Both the position numbers and the translations under genes were made by a program. From the NCBI GenBank assembly GCA_976551045.1, contig CDPCPM010000736.1:434001-498000 (forward strand): DNA of 64,000 bases. Direction: 5' to 3'. Under the pieces are notes generated by a model, which did not search any database, was not told the DNA's origin, and saw only the letters and a program-made list of their open reading frames with translations. This document shows, piece by piece, positions 25,880-37,300 of the stretch. Origin of the DNA: Glaucostegus cemiculus. Its lineage: Eukaryota. Every line of letters starts with the position of its first letter. Position 1 is the first letter of the stretch.

Positions 25880-26870
25880 AATGAAATGTGAAATTTTGGG
25901 TCCATCCACTTCCAACTGCGTCATAAATTCAGATGTAGGGCCAGTCAATGGCGATTGGAATATTTCATTTGCAGCGACTCAGATATTGAAGTAATCCTTG
26001 CCCTCGGGTAGAAAGACTTAGACAACATTCATTACTGTCACCTGAGCTGATCTGCAAGTGAGAGAAATGATACCTTCCTTCACCTCGCTGAGAGTACATG
26101 TGGCTTTAACTAATTGAGTTGGATCTATTGTCTTTTTTTCTGGAAAACATACAAGGGTGTCATTCCGCTTTGGCAAGCTGATGTCAGTGTTTTGATACAC
26201 ACATTGACCAGTGGTAGAGGTAGATGTGAAGCACGGGACTCCGAAACAACAACTGGGACGTTCACGGGGCCCATAGATGTTTACTCTATGCAGTGCTTTC
26301 TCTTATTCCTTCACATCCAGAACGCTGCCTCAGGTCGGCTGAAATCTTTCTCTATGATGGTAACATGTTTAGGATGTGCATGAAAATTGTTGCAAGTGCT
26401 TTAGGCTCATCATTTGTACAACCCGCTGGGCTTCCAACACAATCAAGGACGGGGACACCCATGAACCTTCTTCCATCCGTCCCCATTGCTGTTTGGATGT
26501 GGCAGAAGTGTAGAGCTCTAATATGATTGGTTGTGGAACTGTTTTACTGTCCGTTGCAAGTTGGTCTCTCTCTGCCTGTTCCACGTGAAATCCAGTGTTG
26601 TTGCTTCCCAAGATTGGCTTCCTGTTGTAGATGCCACATTTCCTGCCCCTGCTCTGCTCCCCATTGCTTGGTTGTCTTTACTTTTTGGTGGTGTTAAAGT
26701 GAGGGGCATTTAGTGTCACGGGGTCAAACCTTGAGGGAACACTATTTTGCCGGTGGTCCTCAGTGCCTCATTGATCACCAGATCTAAGATGATGGATCTA
26801 TTTTGAGTCCATTTCATTTGGCATGACGATGGCCCCATGCCTTATGATGGCGGGTGTACATTTTTGGATT
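25880..26870 (-). mobile_element. Heavily degraded LINE ORF2 fragment (CR1/L2 clade, tentative)
   Basis: Fragmentary translations (FHVEQAERD, MPLTLTPP) are reminiscent of the endonuclease-RT linker; many frameshifts. Confidence 0.4.
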
Positions 26871-29189
26871 TTAACTGACAACCTTCCTCCTCACCACCAC
26901 TAACACTATCGTTTCGATTCAAGGTGCATTAACTAACTGAATTGAAATTGACCAGTGCCCGCGGTGGGACTTGTTACGCCTCCGAATCAGCTCATGTTTT
27001 TATCCCCCAGCACCCACCCGCCCCCGACCCCATCACTCCCCCTTTTCTCTTCTTTCAATATTTCACTGTTATCACGTTCAACTCAGAGAGTTGTACATCA
27101 TGAGGCGTGACTCTTCGGCCCATCGAGTCCGCGCCGACCACCAAACATCCATTTATACAAACCCATTTTATTTTCCTCTTGTTCAGCTCTCGTTTTTTCC
27201 ACTCGCCGACACAACAGGAACAGTTTCTAGTGACTAATGAACCTACCAGACCACCCCACCCCCACAGTTAATGTATCAACGTTGGGAAGTGGAAGGAAAC
27301 CATCCACTGTAACGCACGCAGTTACGGAGAGGACGTGCAAACTCCATACAGGCAGCAGCGGGGGTGGGGTTGGGTGGGTGGGTCTGTATTGAACCCCGAG
27401 CACTGGACCTCTGAGGCAGCAGCTACTGACTACATCACTGTGCCGCGCTTGCCAACGGGATAACTGCGTCCTCGTACTTTCGCCTCTAAAGTATCCCTGG
27501 ACTTTGTCGTTGGAAACCACGTTTTATGCTACCGAATTCCTTACACTCTGGAACTCCTTCCTTAATCCTCTGCACCTCTCTATCCTCCGTTAATTGCCCA
27601 TTGAATACTTATCCAATTGACCAGACTTTACTGGCTTTAAAAATCTTCTTACGCGTTTCGTGGTCACTTGTTGTTTTCACAACAATTATAGTTTAGGACA
27701 GTTCCGTTAACGTGAAAGTAGTTGCATGAATGGAGTGATTGTTGTCCTCCCGCTGTGCCTGCCGCAGCATCACATCACTGCCGGCAGGGGGCAACAAAGC
27801 ATGATTGTAGCTTCACCATTTCCAGCCAATCACCAGTCTGCTTATTCATTCAAATATTAAAGTGGCGTAAAGAATGAAAGATCACGAGGAGAGCTCACGG
27901 AATACTGAACCTATTTGTAAGTATTGATCACGTTCAGAAAATCTATGAGTCTAGGCATCTATCAATTGCCTCGCGGGATCATATGGGATGAGTTTAACTA
28001 TTAGCAATAGCATAAACCGGGCGATATAGAAACGGCTGAGTGTTATATTAGCCTGAAATCTCTGTGCCCAAGAAGAACTAAAGGTGGTCTTTGTGAGACA
28101 CTGTACTAAGATTCTGAGGTGTCTGAGGAGAGAACGTGAGGCATTGATATGTGCCTCGTGGCTGGCGCGGAGTCTGTGGGCCGAAGAGCTGTATGTCTAT
28201 GACTGTCCATGAATCAAGCTGGAGAATTTCTAACCGGGAGCACCATCTCCGGATAAATGGTCGGCTACGCAGGATTGGGATGAGCTAAATACCTCTACTT
28301 CGAAGAATGTATCCAATATCAACTGTCACCATTTTAATGAGAGAAGGTTTGTAGTATTCACTGCCCCTTCTTTGAATTCTCAGTTTTACTTTAAAGGCGA
28401 TTTTTTGCTCGATAGTAATTCTCAAATTTAATCAGTCGGTTTGCAAAGATCTTGCATAGACATGGGGTGAATGTGCTTCGGTTTAAATCTGGGTATGAGC
28501 TGCATAAAATCAGGAAAATGTTTTTTTTCTGGATTATCTCCTTCCAGCAATTCAGTACCCAGTGAGATTTTCAGCACAGTTGCGTCAGGGTTTTGAGAGG
28601 TTTCGGGCAGTGTGAAACACCAGGGAAGAACGAAGTCTGGCTCATATTGGGACATTAGGTGAAGGGGTGGGGTGGCCGGCGATGGGTGGGATCGGTGGAG
28701 GTAGCCTTTCCAGGTGAATGACATGAAAGAAATTAGTTTTGGCTGCCACTTCTCCATCACATATTGCAACTCTGAAATCAGTCTGAAAGTATCCCAAAAC
28801 TTTCCGAGATACTCCTGGTGTATTTCTCTTGTTTCAAGCAACTTTAGAACCTTACAAGTTCACTAAATTGAACAATCAGATACCTACAGGAGCTCCTGAG
28901 CAGAACAATGACGAAGTAATTTGTAGAATGTAGAAAGAGCAAAATCCCATCATAGAAACAGCATTGTTTACAGGGTTCAGTTGTCGCTTGATTGGGGTAA
29001 TCAAGCGGAAAATTTTGATACTGAATTTTAAGTCGAAGCAAAATGTGCTCAGCCAACGCCACGATGTTTTGCCGTCTGCTACTGGAAGTGTCCGTGTTTC
29101 CGATGAACGCATCAGCCGCCCCCCTCTCGTAGATGCAATAGATCACCAAAAGTTAAAGGTTGCGTCCAACATATTCCACACCTAGTAAG

Positions 29190-29665
29190 GTATCCCCCCC
29201 CCCACCCATATTTTGTTCTAGTTCTGCGTGCCTTTCACCTTTCTCCTAATGGTTCCCATTTTCACTTCCTTTGCCTATCAGATTCCAGCACCGGAGCCCC
29301 TTTGTGTTCCTGCTTATCAACCTCTAGCAGCTGGATCCAGCCTTCTTCCACTCCTCCTCCCACCCTTCTCCACCGGCCTCTCATCCTCTCATTTTCTTTT
29401 CTCTTTCTCCACTTCCATCTATTATCCACCTGCCACAGTCTCCCAACTCTATCCTCTCCCCTCCCCTACCTGACGCAACCTGCCCGTCATCTTTCACCAC
29501 TCCTCAGTCCACCAATCACCTCCTCTTTATGGCGGCTATCTCCACTCTCAATCGTGTTGCAGGGTTTCGACCCGAAACGTCGATCATCCCACCCCCCCCC
29601 CCCCCGCCCACAGATGCTGCTCGACCCGCTGAATTCCTCCAGCAGATTGCTTGTTGCCCTTGGTA
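29190..29665 (+). mobile_element. Penelope-like element 3' end / pseudo-LTR
   Basis: Pyrimidine-rich tract, then agggtttcgacccgaaacgtcga and gatgctgctcgacccgctgaattcctccagca. Confidence 0.65.
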
Positions 29666-30129
29666 TCCCCACAGCCTCACCTCTGCAACTGCTGGGTTGT
29701 TTGGGCTGTTGATTTCTTAAAGCCTTCTTTGTTTCTAAAATCTCACCCCTGTCTTTATAGCACTCTGTGCATTGTCGGAAGTTTGCTGGAGAAGGTCTAA
29801 TTAAACTCGTTAATCTGATTAAGCTAATTAAGCTGCAGCCTGACTCGTGAAGACTGCGAGGAAGAGAGATCCGGATTCAGAGCAATTTTCTTGCACAAAG
29901 AATAGCGTGAATGTGCGCATAAAGAGTGTTTGAGGCGAGGTACAAAATGCGTCATGAAAACGTTTCAGATAGTAGATAGCTCCACTGGGGCGTGATGAGA
30001 AAAGGGGCTGCGAGAAGCCCAGTGTGAACATCAACATTAAAGTGGATTAGATGATGAAATGTTCTGTTCCTGAAGTGAAGATTCGACGCAGCTTAATGTA
30101 TGTCTGAACAAACGATTTGCAATATGAAA

Positions 30130-30640
30130 TGAAAACTAAAAAGAAATGCTGTTGGTGGAAATGTGTAGTAAAAATAGACAATTACGGAAATACATAATGG
30201 GTCAGGCAGCATCTGGGGAATTAAGGTGAAAGTTTCAGGTTGAAGCTTTAGCTAGAACTGGAGAAGAGAGAAAAAAAATCGTTTCGTTGGAGAGCAAGTG
30301 AGAAGGGATGGATAGGAGGAAGGGGATAGCTCTGATAGGGTGAGGCCAGGATTGCCGTGGGGATTAGTTGTTATTGAAGCTAACTGGCGATACGTAAATG
30401 AAGAATGTTAGAGAGGGAGAAATCAAACAATGGAACATTCTTGAGCTGTGAAATGCAGGTCAGAGATGGGATAGGAACCTAGCAGATCAGGTGCGGTTAT
30501 TGAAGATAGAAAAACTGAGTTCATATTCCAGATCCATCCAGAGAAAGTGAATTACCTGAAATTATTGATTTCGATATCGAGTACCAAAGGCTGCAAGATG
30601 CCCAACTGAAAGGTGGGCGCTGTTCCTGAAGCATATGCAT
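30130..30640 (-). mobile_element. Penelope-like element 3' end with degraded GIY-YIG C-terminus
   Basis: Minus strand reads QEQ..(frameshift)..QLGILQPLVLDIEINNFR*, like the Penelope terminus EEQHLIFRLGSLQPxGxNIxFSNF. Confidence 0.65.
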
Positions 30641-31087
30641 AGCTTTGTGAATTATATATTGTATGAAATAAAACTGGTTTGTATGCAATGAATGTATTTT
30701 TATTAGAACAGATCTAATTTGATAGAGTAGATATAAAACAGGAGAATACAATTATGGAATTAAAACAGAACTCCTGGTCGATTTACCTGTGAGAAATGTA
30801 TTTCGAGAGGTAAGGACATTAAAATGATCTCTGAGTACCAAACGCGTCTTCAGCAGAGGTCATTGACGTTCGGTACTGAATCTGCTGTTATAAAGTCCCT
30901 TTTTCTCGAAATAATTAAGCACAAAATGCGTAAATTTCGGATGACGATCACAGTTTAATATTAACGAAATGGTAATAGCAGAAGTATCGAGACAAGTTAA
31001 CACATTCCTCGGATGTCAATTATGCAGGTAGTCACTGTCAATCTGAAAACGCCGCTGCCTCCACTGAAAGGCCCTCTTTGCCAACGT

Positions 31088-31378
31088 TTAGAGATTTCTA
31101 CCTCGCAACTGCTGCACATTCACGGCCGCATAGACGACCTGCTCTCCCTTCCTTTCCCGAGCCTTCAAGGGCTCCAATACAACTGGTTTCTCACCATGAT
31201 CTTGACGGCGAAGTGCGGAGACGACAACCGCACCTTCACCCCTTTCTTCCAGTGATATCGCTCCGTCCCATGTTCCAGGCTTCACTGACTTCTGCTCAAT
31301 CTGATCCAGGGGGTAATGGCTGTCCGGCTTTCTGATGTTCAACTGAGCGTAAACTATAGATTGCGACTTGTCTCCTCC
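31088..31378 (-). CDS. Gene C terminal cytoplasmic exon GGDKSQSIVYAQLNIRKPDSHYPL...KGEQVVYAAVNVQQLRGRNL* (two ITIMs)
   Basis: Acceptor tgttatctgtttaatttaag|GGA (phase 0); 291 nt open. IVYAQL and VVYAAV fit (S/I/V/L)xYxx(I/V/L). Candidate AATAAA on the minus strand at 30699-30704. Confidence 0.85.
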   Translation of the reverse strand, partial: GGDKSQSIVYAQLNIRKPDSHYPLDQIEQKSVKPGTWDGAISLEERGEGAVVVSALRRQDHGEKPVVLEPLKARERKGEQVVYAAVNVQQLRGRNL

Positions 31379-34300
31379 CTTAAATTAAACAGATAACACA
31401 TCAAGTTTGAAATTAAACAATAGCGAACATCTCTACCCGAGTGAGCTTTCTAAAACCTAGAGCAATACGAGTTGTGCCACAATGCTGCCACAGGGTCATA
31501 GAGAACCACGGCCACTTTCAAGGAACTGTGGATCTGTATTCCCAAGTCTCTTTGTTTTACCACACAATTCAGAGCCCTACCATTCTCTGTGTAAGTCTTA
31601 CCCCGCTTTGTCCTCCCAAAGTGCAACACCTCACACCTGTCTGCATTAAATTCCATCTGCCATTTTCCAGCCCATTTTCCTGGCTGATCAAGATTCTGCT
31701 GCAACTTTGATAGCCTTCCTCGTCCCATCTAGTCCATGCCGAACTGATCCTATTTACCGGCACCCGGACCGTATCCCTCCAACCCCTCCCACCCATGTAC
31801 CAGTCCAAACTTCTCTTAAATGGTACAATTGAACCCTTGCATTTACCACTTCCGCTGGCAGCTCGTTCCACACTTAGATTCCCTTGATATATATTTCACC
31901 TTTCACCCTCAACCTATGTCTTCTAGTTCTAGTCTCACCCACCCACAGGTGGAAAAGCCTGCATGCATTCACCCATCTGTACCACTCATAAATGTGTATA
32001 CCTCTATAAGATCCCCCCTTATTCTCCTGTGCTCCAGGAAGTAAAGTCTTAGCCTATTCAACCTTTCCCTAGAACTCAGGTTTTCAAGTCCCGGCAACAT
32101 CGCTGTACATTTTTTCTGCACCCTTTCAAGCTTATTGATAACATTCCTGTACGGAAATGAACTCAGCTGCACACAATACTCCAAAGTCGGCCTCACTAAC
32201 GTCTTGTACAACTTCAACATAACATCCCCAACTCCTGTACTCAATGCCCTGATTTCTGAAGGCCAAAGTGCCAAACGCTCCCTTTACGACCCTATGACGC
32301 CACTTTCAAGGAACTATGGATCTGTATTCCCAAGTCTCTTTGTTCTACCACACAATTCAGAGCCCTACCATTCTCTGTGTAAGTCTTACCCCGCTTTGTC
32401 CTCCCAAAGTGCATCACCTCACACCTGCCTGCATTAAATTCCATCTGCCATTTTCCAGCCCATTTTCCTGGCTGATCAAGATTACGCTACAACTTTGATA
32501 GCCTTCCTCGCTGTCACTACGCCCCCAATCTTGGTGTCATCCAAAAACTTGATGAGCCAGTTTACCATATTATCATCTAAATAATTCATATAGATGATAA
32601 ACAACAATAGACCAACACTGATCCCTGCAGCACACCACTCGTCATAGGCCTCCAGTTAGAGAGACAAATATCTGCTATCATTCCCTGGCTTCTCCCACTA
32701 AGCCAATGTTGAATCCAACCGGCTACTTCATCCTGAATGCCAGCAGCCTTCTTAATCTCTGGACCAGCCACCCATGAGGGACTTTGTCAAAGGCTTTGCT
32801 GAAGTCCATGTAGACAACGTCCCGTGCCTTTCCTTCTTGGTAACCATCTCGAAAAAGTTCATAAGATTGGTTAAACATGACCTACTACACACAAAGCCAT
32901 GTTGACTATCCCTAATCAGATCCTGTCTATCTAAATACTTACGTATCCTGACCCTTTCAATACCTTCCAATGATTTACCCACGACTGACGCCTGCAATTT
33001 TCTGCCTTATTCTTAGAGCTTTCCTTGAACAATGGAGCGACATCAGCTACCCTCCAGTCCTTTGACACCTCACCCATGGCTAACTAGTTTTAAATATCTC
33101 TGCCAGCGTCCCTGAAATTTCTGCACCAGCCTCCCACAAGATGTGAGAGGACATCTTGAAAGGGCCTGGGGATAGGTCCATCTTCATACACCTCAAGACA
33201 GCAACCAACTCCTCTTCCATAATCTGGATACAGTCCATGACCTCACTACTCCTTTGCCTCAGTTCTATCATCTCTGTGTCTCCAGAGTATATACGGATGC
33301 AAAAATAAAAATCATTTAAGATCCCCCCACCCCTAGCTCTTTCGGTTCCATGCATAGATGACCATGCTGATCTTCAGGAGGACGAATTTTGTCTCTTTTG
33401 CTCTTAATAAAGCTGTAGAAACCCTTGGGATTCTCTTTCACTTTGTCTGCCAGGGCAAACTCATGTCCTCTTTTTGTACTCCTGATTTCTCTCTTAAGTG
33501 TTCCCTTGCATTTTTTATACTATTCAAGCGCCTCTTCGGATATGAACTGCCTAAACCTGATATGCCCCACTTTCTTTTTTCTTTACCGGGGCTTCAAAAT
33601 CACTCAATAACAAAGGTTTCTTAAACCTGTTAAAAATTAAATAAATTTTATTTACAGTGTGGTAACAGGCCCTTTAGGCCCAACGAGTCCGCGCCGCCCA
33701 TTTTAAACCCCCAAATTAACCTACCCGTACGTCTTTAGAATGCGGGAGGAAACCGAAGCACCCGGAGGAAACCCACGCAGACACGGGAGAATGTACAAAC
33801 TCATTACAGTCAGCGACGGGAATCGAACCCCGATCGCTGGCGCTGTAACAGCGTCGCGCTATCGTGCCTTGCCTTTTACTCTAACCGGAGCATACAGATT
33901 CTGTATTCTCAAGATTTCACTTTTGAAAACCTCCCGTTTACCAAGCATCTCTTTGCTGGAAAACAGCCTATCCCAATCCACGTCTGCCAGATCCCTTCTG
34001 ACGCCATCTAAATTGGCCTTATTCCAATTTAGAATCTCAACCCGAGGACCAGTCCGATCATTCTCCATAATTACCTTGAAACTAATGGAATTATGATCAC
34101 TAGATCTAAAGTCGTTTCCTGCACACCTGTCTCGTTCCCTAAACGGAGATCCAGTATCGCGCTCGGTCTAGTTGGAACCTCTACATGTTGATTAAGGAAG
34201 CTTTCTCGAGCACATGTGAGAAACTCTATCCCATCCAATCCCTTCACAGTATGGGAGTCAGTATGTGGGAAGTTAAAATCACCTACCATCACAATCTTAT

Positions 34301-37300
34301 TTTTCTTGCAACTGCCTGCTCTCTCTCTTCAAATGTGTTCCTGTAAATCCCACTAGTTATTGGGAAGTCTATAATATGGTCCCATTAACGTGGTCATCCC
34401 TTTATTATTTCTCAGTTTTACCTATATTGGCTCAGCAGACGACCCTCCATTATATCACCTCTGAGCACTGCCGTGACATTTTCCCTGATGAGTAATGCCA
34501 CCCCTCTTATTTTAATACCTTCCTCTCCATCATGTATAAAACATCAGAACTCCGGAACATTGAGCTGCCAGTCCTGCCCCTCCTGCAATCAAGTCCCATT
34601 AATGGCTACAACATCATAATTCCGCGTGCCGAGCCATGCTCTAAATTCACCTGCCTTGCCTACAATACTCCTTACATTGAGATAGAAGCATCTCACAACG
34701 TTCGTCCCACCATGCTCATCAACCAGTCGATTTCTGTCTTTGCTTGTAGGCTGAACATCTGCTTTCCCCATTCCACTTGCTATCCTGCTATTCTGGCTCC
34801 GACCCCCTTGCAACTCCGGTTTAAACCCTTCACCCGCCCCCTCCCCGCCCCGAGCAGCATTGATAAACCTTCCCGCAAGGTTATTGCTCCTCTGCGGCCC
34901 TCCATTTCAGGCACAACCCGTCTCGTTTGTACAGGTCCCACTTGACCTGGAAGAAAACCTAATGGTCTAAAAATCTGAAGCCGTCCTTCCTGCACCATGT
35001 CCTTAGCCACGGGTTAAACTGCGCTCTCTTCCCATGTCTTGTCTCACTGGCATGTGGCACTGGTAGCAATCTTGAGATCACCATCCTGGAGGTCCTGCCT
35101 TTTAACTTAGCACCTAACTCTCTGAACTCACTTTCCAGGACCTTGTCACCCTTTCTGCCTGTGTCATTGATACCCGTGTGGACCACGAATTCTGGCTGCT
35201 CACCCTCCCCCTTAACAATGCTGTGGACTCGATCGGAGACATCTCTGACTCTGGGACCTGGGAGGCAACAAACCATCCGGAGGCTTGTTCTCGTCCACAG
35301 ATTCTCCTATCTGTTCCCCTAACCAATGAATCTCCGATCACTATTTCACTCCTCTCCCCCTTCCCTTCTGAGCCACGAAGCTAGACTCGGTGCCAGAGAC
35401 TTGGCCACTCTGGCTTTCCTCTGATAGGGCGTCCTCACCCCCTCCCCAACAATATCCAAAACGGTACGGCCAGAGGGGCACCCCCTTGCACTGACTGCCA
35501 ATCTCCTTTCCTTCTCCTGACGGTCAACCAGCTACCTGCATCCTGCAACCTCGGTGTGACTGCCTGCCTGTAAGTTCCTGTAACTGTCAGTTTCAGCTCA
35601 AGTTCTTACACTGCTCAGCATCCAATAGCTCAACAACCAGGCGGCCATGAAGCTAATCACAGCAAGACCTGGCTCTTATTTACTTAGGTGGCTTCGTATC
35701 ATTCAACGAACTCTGTGCTATTCCGCGATTGATTCAATGCTGGAATATTAAACAGTTGGACGAAAAACAGAAAATGATGGAATAACTCAGCAGGTCAGGC
35801 AGCAGACGTGGAAAGAGAAACAGCTAACATTTCGGGCCGAAGATCCTTCACCAGACAACAAGAGAGATGAAATGGGAAAACGCAACTTACCCTACCGACG
35901 TCTTCAGTTCCGGATCTTTTATCTATAATACATTTAAAAAAGATTAGGTATTTCAGATAGGGAAAAACAGCTCTCATGGACAGAATGCCAGAATGCTTAT
36001 TTTGAGAAGAGTGCCTATTTCTTTATGATATTTCTTCTGCTTTTCCCGTTATGGATACTCTTTGTACTATTTCTTAATATATTATAGTGTGACAAAATAT
36101 CATAAAATCACACGACTGGAAGATTAGAATATCCTTTTTAATGAAGTGAGGTATAAATCTAAGGTAACGTACTTTAGCATTTAGATAATTAGTTCACTTT
36201 CCACATAAGTGCACAAGTACCTTGTAATTTCTTCTTTCTTCGCCTGCTTGTAAACCTCTACACCTCGACCTCTCAGAGCCTGTAAGCTAAATTAAGGGGA
36301 CCACGCGTGTACAAATGTTTTAAATGTATGACCTATAATTGCTCTGTCTGGAGGTTAATGCAGGAAAATGTGTTTCAAACATTCGTGTAAGCCAATAAAA
36401 GATAACTAAAGATCACAGAAAATGTGGGCGTTCGTCCAATTATTGGTCACCTTGACGGATCCATTCCAATGTTTAGAATGATCTGGACACTAATCTGGAC
36501 TCTGATGGAAGGAGATACTTTTGCAGGGATACGATTTCATGGGTACGTTAATAGACTCGCAGTCAGAATGTTGGATCATTGCTCCTGAGCTGCGAGAAAT
36601 ATATGTGAGTATATAAATCTGGAATTTGAAGTAAAAGGCCGAACAGCCGTGAAACTACCGTACTGTTGTAAATCCCTATTTGGTTCACTAACGCTCTTCG
36701 GTGAAGGAAATGCACTGTCCAAACCCGGCCGAGGTCTATATATAATTCGATATTGACCAGTGCGTTTGACCCTTAACCACCTCCTCATTTGACGGCATTA
36801 GAGGTGGTCAATACCAATGCCGAGGATATCACATCCCATGAACCGACTCCACGAGCCAAAGAAGTTGGATTTGGGTAATTACCTGGAGACCGGCAGCGGC
36901 GCAAAATATAAATGATCACAACAGGCGCTAACATGAGGACCACGGCAGGCAAGGCTAAAAATCCAACAGGATAGACGTTGCTGTGAATGGGATCCAGTAT
37001 CACGCCAGGATCTTCATGCCCTGCCAAGAAACATGTTACATTAATTCATGCTTTATTGCCAATAGTACTTTCTTCGGAATTTTTGGAGAACATCTAGATG
37101 TCGGTTCAGCACATCCCCGAGATGGGGAGAAGATAGACAGAACATTGTGGTTGTTTTTAACGTTGCCCTTTGTGTGTTGTTTACACTGCCTTCTGTGGTA
37201 ACTAACTGACAACAGCCTCCATGCCGGATGTAAACAAGATGATGCGCAGATAAAGAACTAATTTACTTGGTAAATGTAAGTTTATTTTAAATTTCAAATG

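Noticed and set aside
28428-29149. ORFs of 137 and 101 aa as the gene C cytoplasmic tail
   Set aside because: No recognisable motifs or convincing splice context; exon 31088-31378 fits far better (phase, two ITIMs, poly(A) signal).
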